In this document: in pieces, positions 25,877 to 39,862 of the stretch
Layout of the letters: every line of letters starts with the position of its first letter
Position numbering within the stretch: position 1 is the first letter of the stretch
Assembly (NCBI RefSeq): GCF_008831285.2
Contig: NC_045138.2
Span: 1,736,001 to 1,800,000, forward strand
Direction: 5' to 3'
Length of the DNA: 64,000 nt
Source: Nymphaea colorata
Lineage: Eukaryota
Program-made: the position numbers and the translations under genes
The notes under the pieces: generated by a model
The model's database searches: none
What the model was told of the DNA's origin: nothing
Seen by the model: the letters and a program-made list of their open reading frames with translations, nothing else

Positions 25877-27873
25877 CCCCCCTGCCCTTCAATTTTTTTT
25901 TCTGTAAATTTACATATAAATTTTTATGGGTTAGATCACGGTAAGTGTTCAATCAGTGGTCGGCAAAACGATGGACTTTGAGTTCTTACGGAAGTAGAAA
26001 AAGGTGATTTTCTGTGTAAGGGGCTTCACATTTAAAATTTCATGGTATTTGAGACATTTTGGCATCCATGTATTGAATCAGTGGGCCAAGATAGACACTC
26101 ATTCAATAAATGGGGCAGGTTGGGTAACGAATATTTATTCAAAGCTTTTACATTCAACCTAACCCAAGTACAGCTTTGTATAAATATTAGCATAAGTGAA
26201 TTTCGTCATATGGTGTCGCAGTCGCTCCTTTGATGGGTAGAATAGAACAAACTGTGCAATTTGAAGAATTGCGTTGGCCAGTGTACCCGATCGGTAGATT
26301 GAAGTGGGTCGATGAGAGCGAGAGAGAGAGAGAGCGTTGAAAAAAATGTAACTATTTATATAAAGTGGATGTTGAGAAAAAATAACTAGTATATATTCTT
26401 CGTTCTTCATTTTATATATATATATATATATTATATGAGAGAGAGAACGTTGAAAAAAAAAGTAACTATTATACAGAGTGCAAGTTGAGAAAAAGTAACT
26501 ACAATATATTTTTCGTTCTTCATTTTACATATATATACGAGTGTTCTCCCATTTTAAAGTGCCCTCTGTGTCAAACACTCATTGGATATCAGGGATAAAC
26601 TTTTCCCCCTACAAAAATCAAAGCAAATGTTTAAAAGAAAACTTTCGCTTTTTTTAGATGCCATGCGCCCTTCGGCGTCCAAACTCTGAACAAGACAGAT
26701 ACAGTATCCTGATTTAACCTGGAACATGGCATTGCAACCAGAAATAACCTGTATAGTGGTGTGCAAGAAAGGCCCAAGGCTTTATCCACGATGAGTCAAG
26801 CCAGCTCGAGTTTGGCTCCTATACAAATATATTATTTGGTTTTCTAACAAAAAAAAGTCTTGGTTGTCTTCCTGCATAGGGCTGTCATCATGTCAATGGA
26901 TCGTATATATGTAATCATTTGCATTTGTTTGGATATTTACATATTCGAATTGGAATTTGAATTCAAATTCAAATAAAAAAAGTCATATCCAAATTAGAAT
27001 CTAAAATCCGATTCAATCTAAATCTGATTTTTATATTTATATCCGAATCTAAATCCGAATTTTGAATGGATTTTGCCCATTTTCAAAATTTAATATCATT
27101 AGATATATGATATTTGTCTAAAAATGAATCTGTATCTGAATCCAAATCCGATAGGATGTCATTTGTTAAATTCGAATTCAATTCGATTTCTTAATCAGAT
27201 ATTAGGTTTTTTTCCATATCCGATTTCACTTTTTTTTGTAACTACACGAGTCTTTTCTCAACATGCACTCTCTATAATAGTTACTTTTTTTTTTCGACGT
27301 TCTCTTTCTCATATAATATATATATATATAATATGAAGAAAGAAGAATATATACTAGTTATTTTTTCTCAACATCCACTCTATATAAATAGTTACTTTTT
27401 TTTCAACGCTCTCTCTCTCTCTCTCTCGCTCTCATCGACCCACTTCAATCTACCGATCGGGTACACTGGCCAATGCAATTCTTCAAATTGCACAGTTTGT
27501 TCTATTCTACCCATCAAGCGAGAGATTGAGACACCACATGACCAAATTCACTTATGCTAATATTTATTCAAAGCTGTACTTGGGGATCGGTTGAATGGAA
27601 AAGCTTTGAATAAATATTAGTTACCCAACCTGCCCCATGTATTGAGTCAGTGTGTATCTTTGCCCACTGATTCAATACATGGATGCCAAAATGTCTAAAA
27701 TACCATGAAATTTTAAATGTGAAGCCCCTTACACGGACAAAGGTGAAAAAATCACCTTTTTCCATAAGAACTCAAAGTCCATCGTTTTGCCGACCATTGA
27801 TTGAACATTGACTATGATCTAATCCATAAAAATTTATATGTAAATTTACACAAAAAAAATTGAAGGGGAGGGG
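25877..27873. repeat. Long inverted repeat upstream of copy D (arms ~25877-26525 and ~27245-27873, spacer ~0.7 kb)
   Basis: For example GTGTACCCGATCGGTAGATTGAAGTGGGTCGATGAGAGCG (26281) is the reverse complement of 27427-27466. Colinear along the whole arms. Confidence 0.88.
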
Positions 27874-27937
27874 GAAGGTAGTGATCTAATCTATAAAAAT
27901 ATATATGTAAATTTACAAAAAAATCTGTACTTAAATT

Positions 27938-29375
27938 TATAGTGTTATATAATGTTATATATCATTATATTATATTAAATTGTTACACAGTTTCATATTG
28001 TGTTATAATGTTATAGTGTTAAAGAATAATATAGTATGGTAGTGTTACAATGTTATAGTGTTATATAGAGTTATACAGTGATAACGTATTATATAGTGTC
28101 ATATTTAACACTATTACATTATACATTATAACATTATAACACTATATATATCTATAACTTTATAACATTATAACACCATAACACTACATAACACTATAAC
28201 ATTATAACACAATATAACACCACAACAATATAACACGACATAATCCTATATAATACTACAACACTATATAATGCCATTTGATACAATAAAAGACTATAAC
28301 ACTATATAATGCATAACACTATATAACATTATGATACTATAACATTATATACCACTACATAATATTATAACACTATAACAATATCTACCACTCTAACACT
28401 ACAACAATATATAACACTATGTATAATACTATATAACTATATCTAACACTGTAACACTATAACACTATATAATACTATGCTACACTATAAGAATATATAA
28501 CACGATAATACTATATAACACTATCACACTATAATACTATAACATTCTAACATTATATAATACTATAACACTATATAACACTATAACACCATAACACAAT
28601 AACATTGTATAACACTAGAATACCATAACACTATATAACATTATAACACAATATTACACAATATAATACTATAACACTTTACAACACCATATAATTATAA
28701 CACTATGTGAAGCATAACACTATAACCCTATATAACACTATATAAGACTCTAACACTAAAATACAATATAATACTATATAACAATATAGCAATCAGACAC
28801 TATAACACTATATAACTATGTATAAGACTATAACAATATACGATAGTATAACACTATATAACACAATAGCATTGTATAATAATACATAATACTATAACAC
28901 TATAATTCTTTGACACTATATGACACTACATAACGCTATAACTCTATAAAACTATATAACACAATACGACAATATCACAATATATAACACTATAACTCTA
29001 TATAACATCGTAACACCATATAAAACTATAACACTGCATAACACTAACATTATATAAAAAAACTATAGCACAATAACACTATAACAATATATAACACCAC
29101 AACACTATATGACTCTAGAATGTTATATAACACTATAAGACTCTACAACACCATAACACTGTAACATTATATAGAAATTTATAACACTATAATACTATAA
29201 GAATACATAACACAATATAATAATATAACACTATAACACAATATAACATTATATAATACTATATAACTTTATATAACTTTTGATAACTCTAAATAATGCT
29301 ATAATACTATATAACATTGTAACACTATAATGTTCTAACGCTATAACACTATAACACCATGTAACACTACATATT
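27938..29375. repeat. Degenerate AT-rich minisatellite (8-11 nt unit TAACACTATA) with an orientation switch near 28105
   Basis: TATAGTGTTA units from 27938 to ~28105, then TAACACTATA units to ~29370. Confidence 0.9.
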
Positions 29376-29600
29376 TTTTGCACTATTCTCAGATAAAATA
29401 TTTATGTAGACCAATTCATAGTGTTATGTATAACTGTCCCTTGATACAAAAATTATATATATAAATATATATTACTATGAACCCCAGCCCCCCTGCCCTT
29501 CAATTTTTTTTTCTGTAAATTTACATATAAATTTTTATGGGTTAGATCACGGTAAGTGTTCAATCAGTGGTCGGCAAAACGATGGACTTTGAGTTCTTAC

Positions 29601-29843
29601 GGTGCTGGTGAACTTCTACCCGAGGTGCCCACAGCCCGAGCTGACACTCGGTCTCAGGCGTCACACCGACCCCGGCACCATCACCATCCTCCATCAGGAC
29701 CACGTCGGCGGCCTGCAGATCACCAGGGACGGTGGCCGGACTTGGCTCACCGTCAAGCCCATCGACGGTGCCTTTGTCATCAACCTTGGAGATCATGCTC
29801 ACGTACGAAAACACCCAGACTCCATGCATCCTCACCAACTCAA
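29601..29843 (+). pseudogene. Fragment E: 243-bp inverted copy of copy D 24585-24343 (end of exon 1 plus start of intron)
   Basis: Encodes [25 protein letters not shown]...GDHAH with D-specific residues (LTLG, GDHAH, KHPDS). Only one mismatch to D was noticed. Confidence 0.9.
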
Positions 29844-31777
29844 GATATTGTTTACACGGAATAAACAATATCTAAGAATCCATGTACTGGTGTAGAAGTC
29901 TTGTTAAAGGGTAGACCCTTTTGACAAGCTTCACACACTTTATATTGCATAAAATCATCATAAGGCAAACCAAAAATATTCAAAATGTTCATAACAGTCT
30001 TTAAATAGGGATGACCAAAACGTCTATGCCAAGTGTCAACCGATTCCTTGACCCCAACATCTCTAGTGGTGAAGAAGACTTGCTTGTCCTTGTTCAAGGT
30101 CAATTTGTATAAACCATCTTCACTTTGACCTTGGAGCAGCACTTTCCTTGAAGTGAGATCCTTGACATAACAATAAGAGGGGTGAAATTCAAAGAAAACA
30201 TTATTCTCCTTAGCAAATTTGTGTACTAACATGAGATTCTTAGAGATGTTAGGTACACAAAAAATATCACTCATGACAAATCTATCAAAAACAATAGAAC
30301 CAATGTGGTTAATAGCCAACCTAATCCATCTCCAACAAGAATGCGATTATCGTTTTGATATTTTGAGTGTAGAAATAAGTTGTTCAAGTCGCTGGTCACA
30401 TGATGCGATGCCCCAGTATTTGGATACTAGTTTTGACCATTGGTGGAACTCTGATGAGGGGCCACATGATATGCTTTTGGTGCCAAAGGAGGATTATTTT
30501 GAGCATAAGAGACAAGTTGGTAGCAGGAGCGCAGAATGACTAGGTTTTTCACAAATTTGGCAAGTAATACGAGGTCGATTACTTTGAAATTGGCCTCCAC
30601 GACTTCTAAAATTGTCACCACGGTTTCCTCTTCCACCATGATAAAGTGATCCTCCACAATTTTGATTGTGAGAAAAAAAACTAGTCTTGTTTGTCAAATT
30701 AAGAGAAGCATTCAGCTGATCAGTTTCATCACCAATACTCTCTATTATATTGCGTTCTTGAGTCAAGAGTAGACCATGAAGCTCTTCCAACGTCACTGGT
30801 GTAGATCGGGTCTCCATTGAGACCCTAAAAGCATGATACTCATTTGGCACTCCTTTCAATAAATGCATGATAAGATCATCTTCATTAATAGGTTTAGAGG
30901 CAGTAGTTAATTGATGCGCAATAAATTTTGCATGCTGAAAATGCTCATCTATTGCCTTAAATAGCCAGGACATGTGGATTCGTTGGCGGGATTTGTCGAA
31001 GAACTCTGACACGGTGAAGGTAGAATTGTCGAGACACACCCGACTCATCGGGGAATGAAGAACACGGCAGAATATTCTGTCGGGTTTCACAGGAATCCCT
31101 CTTTCGCACCGGAAAAAGCAGAAAAATTGTCGGCGGACTTCAAAAATCGATTTTCCCTCATTTCTCAACGGTTTCATACGAGTAAGGGCTCAAAATGTTT
31201 GGAATTTCGTCAGCTGTCTCCTCAAATAATCAAAAACATGTTTTGGTCTCAAGGTCAGATGGATTTAACACCAAAAGTAGTCGGACTCCGCCAGATATAA
31301 AAAAAACACGTCCGAGAGAAGAATATGTGAAAATTAGCTATGGAATGATTCACCAAAGATCAATATCTAGAGCAGACACCATGGAGTTCTGATACCATGT
31401 GAAAAAGAGATATGAACAAGAATGAACAAGAAATTTTAACGAGGTTCGGTGTTGAAATCACTTACGTCCTCAAAGTCTCTCTACTCTCTTTTCAACATGT
31501 AACGAGAGATAGAGGTTCCATTATTTAAAAAATACAAAACACAATCTTCGACTTCTGAAATCATGGAGTTGATATACAACTTGTTTTCTTCAAAATATCA
31601 TTTCCTATTTTATCTCTTTCCGTAGATAAAGAGATTTGGACGTGGACCTCTTCTTTTCCTGACTTTTTGGCAACTGATTCCACTGTATCATCTTTTGATT
31701 TTCTGGCAATAGATTTATCAGATTTGTTTAACTTATGTGTATGATCATCCTTTGCCGCATGATTTGGTTCTCTAACA
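29844..31777 (-). mobile_element. 3'-truncated Ty1/Copia retrotransposon (5' LTR, PBS, part of gag, protease, GAG-pre-integrase)
   Basis: LTR 31777-31398 (TGTTAG...TTCACA) followed by tRNA-Met PBS TGGTATCAGA. UBN2-type gag (LLKGVPNEY...TLEELHGLLLTQE), zinc knuckle CQICEKPSH, protease remnant YPNTGASHHVT, and WHRRFGHP. Breaks at the start of integrase (LDIVYS). Confidence 0.88.
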
Positions 31778-33312
31778 TTGAGAAGTCTAATCATAATGAC
31801 ATGTTAATTTCGATCATCAATGAAAAACCTTAGAACAGCTCATGCTCATTATCTATGGAGTTTCGTGTCTTTAGCGAGGTCCCGTCTCATTTCTCTGCAG
31901 TCAAAATTCCTATTAGAATCTTGCATCACTTGCCTTCCTAGGTCTTCCATTGATGAAAAACTTCACACAAAAAGAAAGATGCCCTTCAATAAAAGAAAAA
32001 ATGACCCTCTCATGTTAAAGCTTACATGAGGCGGCAAGAAGATCGTTTTTTTGTGTAGATTGAACTCCGATTAGCACTTTCATGAAATCACATAAGAGCC
32101 GTTTGGCAAAGAGAACAGTAACAAAACTGTTTCATGATTTTGTCTTAAAAGTTGCAGCAAATTCATTGTACACTATGTTTCAGTGTTTGGAGTATATTTA
32201 TGGAACAATTTAGTTTCTACTATTCTCAAGTCAGTGTTGTAAAAATTGGTTCTTGAAACAAATTGTGAATCTAATAATTCTGTGAATTGGCCAACTCATG
32301 TGAATCGATCAGTCATGAATAATGAACATCATTGAAAAATCATTTCAAAAAAAAGAAAAGAAAGAAAAGTAAGTAAAAACATGCACAACAAGAAATTTCT
32401 TAAAACACTCAACAAAGTAGTTAAAAGCTCACATTGCACTTTGTAACCCGCCACTGAAATTGAATCAACTGACCCAGGCTGATTCTTATGAACAACCATT
32501 TCTTATATTAGTTAAGAAGGAAAAGTCACCACAAAAATTTGGCAGGCCATTATTAGTCTCACCATATGGAACTCACTTTCCCACCGTTGTACCTGCTTAA
32601 AGATAAAGACACTTGCAAATGGATCACATGCTATGTGGCTTTCACTTTTAATACTTTCTTCCCAAAGGTATTTACCCAACGAATTGAAGCAAACTTTCCA
32701 AAAGTAGTTGAATAATTTTTTTTCCTTGTTTAGACAAGACCCAACAAAACCAAAACTGTTGATTTTGAAATTTGTGTAGATCTGAACTATGTGTTGGATG
32801 TTTATGATTTTTTAATTCTTTTGAATTACACAGTTTCCTGAAAATTTTTGTGTTTAAACTGGACGATCTGATCGGGTAAGTACAACCAAGCGAGAAGCAA
32901 AGTCCACTTTTTTGCCCTGTCCGATAGAGTCTAAAGTTGTGTCGATGTCAGGCATCGAGATCTCCATGTTCTTCAACTTGCATATAAAATTCATTCGCTT
33001 TACAGTCCAAGGAACATAGCCCTAGCACAAAATAAGCGCATAGGCCCATCAAGGTATGATATCAGATCTGGAGATCAATAAAACGGGCTAAAATTTCCTC
33101 ATGTCACTATGAAGTGCAATCATTTAATTAACTACACGAGTCGTTATTTAAGCATTCGTGGATCAAAGAGGACACATACATAGTGACGTGAAGATAAGCA
33201 CGCATGTGTTGCCACATGGGCGTGCATAACACAAACACAAAGTCAATGACTGAGGAAACTAAGCAAATGCCTAAGAAACTTCCCAACACGTACAACCTCC
33301 ATGCTCTTTGGT

Positions 33313-34778
33313 TCATAGCTTTTGGCAACGTCCACATCGTGCTGCATCTTCTTCGTCTACATTTTCTTGAAGGGAACTGGTTTCACAATCAATGGCTTCT
33401 CATCGTCCGCTACCTTCAGTGGGTAGACAAGGGCATCCTGTGCCGGGACTGCAACGTGGCGATCTACAGACGGCTGGAATTAGAGTTCACCACCACTTGG
33501 TGCTCCACCGCAGCAAACCTCCCGTTGCTCAAGCACTAATATATCAAGAAGAAATATATGTGAAGCAATGGTAGAAATAGAAATTCCAGTTTAAGGAGCA
33601 CTAGGACTTTAAAATATAAATTATATCTTTAGAGGGCAAGCAATATATAAGCATCTAATTATAAGTTACTAACCTATGAATATGCAATTTATGTGGGCAT
33701 GTGTGGGCAACTACCCACACAAGCTAATAATGTCAAGCTAGAATTGATGATGAGTGGACATAACCCACCACTTGAGTGAGAGTGAGAAATCCCCCTCTTT
33801 CCCCGATCTAATGCTTCGAGACTTATGTGAACTTTGAGTTACAGTTAGAAACTCGAAAATAACATGTGCCACTATTTAGTAACACGTGAAACATAACTGT
33901 GGCCATAACAGTGGCCATGAAAAAAACAGATGCATGGAGTCAGAGTGTTTCCATACGCGAGCATGTTCTCCAAGGTTGATGACAAAGGCACCGTCGATGG
34001 GCTTGACGGTGAACCAAGTCCGGCCACCGTCCCTGGTGATCTGCAGGCCGCCGACGTGGTCCTGATGGAGGATGGTGATGGTGCCAGGGTCGGTGTGAGC
34101 CTGAGACCGAGCACCAGCTCTGGCTGCGGGCACCTCGGGTAGAAGTTCACCAGCACCTTTTGGTCCATCTGCAGGCAAGCTTCTTTGAAGGCACCCTTCT
34201 CCAAGCCCATGCTCTCCGACAAAACCTCCAGAATTCGGGACGCCAACTTCATATTCGCCTCACAATAGCGCTCCACCAGCTCCGGCCACCCCTTCGGCTG
34301 CTCCGGCCACATGGCAGAGTCTCGGGACTCCACCGGGTACGAATAGAAGACGAAGAACTCACGCCAGTTCTCAAATCTTCGCTTCACCAAACAAGTGGTT
34401 GCTGACTCCATAACCGCCGTTCTTGCTGGCGGTCATCTCGAACCGGAGCTTCTCCTCGACAGGGAGCTGGAAGAAGCGAGTGGAGAGGTCAGCCATGGCA
34501 GAGACCAGCGTTGGGTCTACGCCATGGTCGATCAGCTGGATGATGCCCCAGTTTTCCAGGGCATCCACGATGTTGCGGAAGACGGCGGAGCGGCGGGCGG
34601 AGTCAGCGGAGTCGATGTCAGCAAAGGATACGATGGGGATGTCGTTGGAGAATGCATCGTGTCCGACCTTTGGCCGCTTCGCTTCGTTGCGGATGAAGGC
34701 GCTGGGGACAGTCAACTCCTTGCTCAGTGAAAGAAGGAAAGGCTTCAGTGCTTTGGCCTGCTCTAAGTTGGGAGCCAT
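33313..34778 (-). pseudogene. F3H-like pseudogene, copy F (exon 1 34778-33957, exon 2 33535-33313)
   Basis: Net +4 nt near 34375 gives TGA at 34373-34371; 1-nt deletion near 34099. In exon 2, RLS is changed to RL-stop (TAG), with further small deletions. The intron is shortened by a large deletion near 33929. Confidence 0.88.
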
Positions 34779-35685
34779 CCTCTGTCTCTCTACTGTCCTT
34801 GAGTGCTGAGTTTGAATGGCGACGGTCTGCAAGCATAAGACTCTCTTCTGTTCTTCAGTTACTGAGTTTCTATGTCGACGGTCAGCACCCCTGAAATTTA
34901 TAGTGCAGTTTGAATAACTAAAACGTCCGAAGTGAACCACTTAGATCCTTAAGACAATCCACCGACAGATCTGCTTACTCTCAAGTTTACACTTCAAAAT
35001 TAATTCAAACTGTTTTCCAATGATCAAATTGAATCTTCTGGCCAGAATTATTAATATTCTTCGTTTAGCCTTTAACGCAGTACTATAAATTATGCACGCC
35101 TACTAAGTGCTTGCTGGCCCTGAATATTATATAATAAATGTCAAGAACTCTGTAATTAGTTAATGAACATAAAGTAAACCTCTACGCAAATATGCTCGAC
35201 TCGGATACAAAGAAATTATCGAGACGATGGCAAGATAATGTTCATAAAGAAGTTGAAATACTGCACGGATGTGGTGTGGAAATTTATCAAGCACATATAT
35301 ATTTTGAGTTATGCAAGAAATCAGAGGTAAGGATTGGGCGAAGAAATCAAAGCTGGTATAAGGCTATTTTCTATTTTTCAATAAAAACACTTAAAAATAT
35401 TTTAAAAATTTTAACTATTTCAATTTTAATATCAGTTTGGTAACTAAGTGGACGAGACCACGGAGAAAGCTGATGACATAAATCGGTAGGGTTTTGCAGT
35501 AAAGGGCGTGGACAAAAAGCCTGTAAACAATGAGGAAGCCTGTAAATAAACGGAATTGAATGTTGGTTGAAACTGCAGCTCCTCTTTTCTATCTGATCAC
35601 GCCCGAAAGCATTTATCAAATGGCAATGCCCCTCTCTTCATTATTGTCTTTGAAAACAAAAAGCACAGTAAGCAGTAGACAGAAC

Positions 35686-35724
<39 letters not shown>

Positions 35725-36062
35725 TCTCTCATACAAAAATGTCGATATTTTTATTTTCCTCGAGAAGATAATCTGCTGTTCTAATCTTTAACATCTGTCT
35801 GGAATGCGAGATTAAACCGAACACGGTGTTGGATTTGCATGGGAAACGTTATCTTCTAAAGCTGCTAAGGAACTGTGCTTTATTATGTAATTGTAATCTA
35901 AGACTTTAAAAATTAAAAGTTCTTCGGTTTTGGATCAGATAAGATCGAGTTGTATGCACAGGATATGCACACTAAAAAAAAAGGGGGGGGGGGGGGGGGG
36001 GGAGGTTGGGACATTTTAGATTTTTTTTATAAACAAATATATATTTTAGATTTTTAACTTTT

Positions 36063-36767
36063 TTGCAACTCCTTCTTTGTCCTTCTAAAAATCTCAATTT
36101 TTTACTTTAACAAGAGCATTTTGGTCATTGGATATTCACACGGTCCCTTACGATCGATATAGAAATCAATGAATCTTTTTATGCATGTGTTTAATTTGTC
36201 CCGCAGCCTCAGTGTAACATATTGACACAGGAATAGTACTTTCCTGGATAATATTTATCACTTACTCGAATGGTATTCCACCCATCCCGATAGATTAAAA
36301 AAAAGTCAATTAACATTATATAATCAAAATATCCATAGCCTTTTTCTTCTTGCTTTTCTCTCATTTGTTCTTCGTTTTTCTCTCACTTGTTCATCCTAAT
36401 GGATTGAACAGCTTTTGTTTTCAAATATGTAAGTACAAATCGCATTTGATATTAATCTTTGTCGAACCATGTGTTCAAAAATTATATATATATGTATATA
36501 TACTTAACTTATTTATGATTACTGTCCAATTGTTTGAAAGAAAAATGATGAAAAAAAAAGGTGTGGAGTAACAATAGATTATGAAAGTACACATTTTTCT
36601 CTTAAGGGTCTGTCACCATGGACCAAACGTTCTTTACAAGTGAGATGAATGACTCTTGGCTATCAGTCATCACTCACTCATATGTATATAAAATGAAGAA
36701 CGGAAAATATATAGTAGTTGCTTTTTCTCAACATCCACTCTATATAATAGTTACTTTTTTTCAACGT

Positions 36768-36799
<32 letters not shown>

Positions 36800-36886
36800 T
36801 AAAGAACGAAGAATATATAGTAATCTCAACAACATTCACTCTATATAATAGTCACTTTTTTACTCTTGGCTATGAGTCATCATCCA

Positions 36887-36925
<39 letters not shown>

Positions 36926-37106
36926 CGAAAAATATATGGCAGTTACTTTTTCTCAACATGCACTACTCTGTATAATAGTTACTTTTTTATTCAACGTTCT
37001 CTCTCTCTCTCATATATATATAATATATATATAACCAAGAACGAAGAATATATAGTAGTTACTTTTTCCCAACATCCACTGTATATAATAGTTACTTTTT
37101 TTTCAA

Positions 37107-37158
<52 letters not shown>

Positions 37159-38043
37159 GACCCACTTCAATCTACCGATCGGGTACACTGGCCAACGCAA
37201 TTCTTCAAATTGCACAGCTTGTTCTATTCTACCCATCAAAGGAGCGACTGCGACGCCATATGATGAAATTCACTTATGCTAATATTTATACAAAGCTGTA
37301 GTTGGGTTAGGTTGAATGGAAAAGCTTTGAATAAATCTTAGTTACCCAACCTGCCCCATTTATTGAATGAGTGTGTATCTTGGCCCACTGATTCAATACA
37401 TGGATGCCAAAATGTCTCAAATACCATGAAATTTTAAATGTGAAGCCCCTTACACAGACAAAGATGAAAAAGGTGAAAAAATCAGAAAAAATCACCTTGT
37501 TCCATTTCCGTAAGAACTCAAAGTTCATCGTTTTGCCGACCACTGATTGAACACTGACCGTGATCTAATCCATAAAAATTTATATGTAAATTTACAGAAA
37601 AGAAAAATGAAGGGCAGGGGGGTTGGGGGTCATAGTAATATATATTTATATATATAAATTTTTGAACATATGGTTCAACAAAGATTAATATCAAATGCAA
37701 ATTTGTACTTACATAATTGAAAACAGAAGCCATTTAATCCATCAAGATGAACAAGTGAGAGGACAGCAAGAAGAAAAAGACGATGGTATTTTGTTTATAT
37801 AATATTAATTGTTTTTGTTTTTAATCTATCAGGATGGATTAAAGACCATTCGAATAAGTGATTAATATTATATACGAAAGTACTATTCCTGCGTCAATAT
37901 GTTACACTGACCCTGCAGGACAAGTTAAACACATGCATATAAAGATTCAATGATTTCAGTATCGATCGAATATGCAATGACCAAAATGCTCTTGGCAAAA
38001 TAAAAAAATTGAGATTTTTCTGAGGATAAAAAAGGAGTTGCAA
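36063..38043. repeat. Inverted repeat between divergent copies F and G (arms ~36063-36500 and ~37640-38043)
   Basis: TTGCAACTCCTT...CAGTGTAACATATTGAC...GAATAGTACTTTC recurs reverse-complemented at 37876-38043. Confidence 0.85.
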
Positions 38044-38257
38044 CTTATTTTTTTGATTTTTCGGATATGCATATTTTCGGATTTTTAACATTTTTCGGAT
38101 TTTTTGGATATGCATATTTTTTCTAACAAACCATAAAAATAAACTAAATGAATGAAATATACAAGACAACAACACAATAAAACAAAATAAGAAGGGAAAG
38201 TGAGAGAGTGGATATACGGAGTGGCAGAGTCACCTAGCAGCAAACAAAAGATGGAGC

Positions 38258-38645
38258 TAGGGATGTCAACGGATCATCTTCGAATCGGATATACTCTTAA
38301 TCATATCCGATTTTTCGGATATGCATATTTTCGGATTCGGATGAAAAAAAATCTATATAATATCTGAATCCGATTTTTAAAACCATATCCGATTCCAATC
38401 CCAATCCGACTTTTAAATCAAAGTCTGATTCCAAATCTGACTCCGAATCCACATCCGACTTTAGAACCAAATCCGATTCCTGTCCGAAACCAGCATTCAA
38501 ATCGAAATCCGATTCCAACTTTTACATTCAAAATCTGATTAAAATCTGAATCTGATTCTTTAATTCAACATCCGATTTCAATCAAAATCCAAATTTTATA
38601 TTTAAAGATCCCATTTTGATCTAAAGAATTTCAAATTTGACATGC
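38258..38645. mobile_element. hAT-type MITE with ATCCGA subterminal repeats; relative at ~26877-27240
   Basis: Starts TAGGGATGTCAACGGATC and ends TTTGACATGC. Many AATCCGA/TCGGAT motifs. Confidence 0.6.
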
Positions 38646-39175
38646 AAAACTGACTTGTCATTTGCTCCACTGAAAAATGGCTAGCGAGATAATCCAAGCC
38701 TCCAAGGACGTTAGTTACCAATGTTTTTTTTTTTTTTTTTTTTTAAAAAAATGCCCAAAGGGCGAGCCACCCCATAGACTGCCTAATAAGTTTCCATTAA
38801 ATATCTTGGCATCTGCAAAAAACTATATAGTCTAAGCCTTCAAAGCCTCAATTCTTGTACTTCATAATCACAAAATTTACTATGTCTTAAGTCACTTGAG
38901 GATGTCAAAGAAACTTGATGGAATATCTTGGGAAGAACTCAAGACTGATAGACACTTGAACTGTTATAACATACAGATGAAAGTAATTGGTGAGAATGGA
39001 ACAACAACCTTAATTCTCAAAACAAAACTCTGATAGGAAACAAAAGTCTACCTTCTGTTGTGTATTTTCTCATCACTGCTAGTAAGGTGGACAACTTTTT
39101 CCTCAATTGCATGTCGTCTATAATATGGACACAATCCTTGCGTCAGTTGGTTCATATCAGGTCATTCCTGCCCAA

Positions 39176-39232
39176 TTCAGTCCACATCTTCGGTTTATAT
39201 GGCTTGTTGGAAGTGAAATAATTGCAGTAACA
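39176..39232 (-). pseudogene. BGAL: Partial beta-galactosidase exon remnant
   Basis: Encodes CYCNYFTSNKPYKPKMWTE, matching BGAL FYCDYFSPNKAYKPKMWTE. Embedded in non-BGAL sequence. Confidence 0.75.
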
Positions 39233-39641
39233 TCTACATCTGCTGCCCCATATTGTCAGGTACACCTGTCTTTGAAACAGAAACAGTATGTTATCTAACC
39301 TCCTTTAACAAACATGCAAGAGAAGAAAGTATGTTATCTAACCTCCTTTAGCAACAAACATGCAAGAGAAAATTCCATGAACAAATACAGGCAGCTGATT
39401 AACAATCAAGAAAAATTCTCTCCCAGCCAACAAAATCATATATGCCACAAGAGAACTAGGTGGATCATGATTATCAGATCGCCAGAACACTTCAAAAACT
39501 GTCTCTCTCACGCACACACCAGGAAAATTCTCTCCCTGCTACTAAAAACAAAGTATGAAGCCATTTCCAGCAATCTACAAAATGGAAAAGAATATTTCCG
39601 GCTAATTGCCAATTCATCCTCAAAATGAAATGCTTCCACAC

Positions 39642-39734
39642 TTGTGACAAGATGATTGGTCCTCCTTGTGTCTGGAACAGCCCTTCAGCTTTCATCATCT
39701 CAACAATCTTTTGAGTGAATCCCATCATTACAGC
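39642..39734 (-). pseudogene. BGAL: Captured beta-galactosidase (GH35) exon, 93 nt
   Basis: AG|GCT...CAA|GT encodes [31 protein letters not shown], the BGAL exon that precedes the catalytic IENEY motif. Confidence 0.88.
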
Positions 39735-39862
39735 CTTCATAATTAAAAAAAAAAAAAAGAAACAGAAACTCATCACGGCCCACTTTTTCATTTCACTAGA
39801 TCTAAACAGGTGGCCAGAAGAAAATTCTTAAACAGCTAGAGGCAACAAAACGAAAAAAATAC

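Noticed and set aside
27938..29375. CRISPR-like or telomeric array
   Set aside because: Eukaryotic context, no repeat-spacer structure, and the unit is not TTTAGGG.
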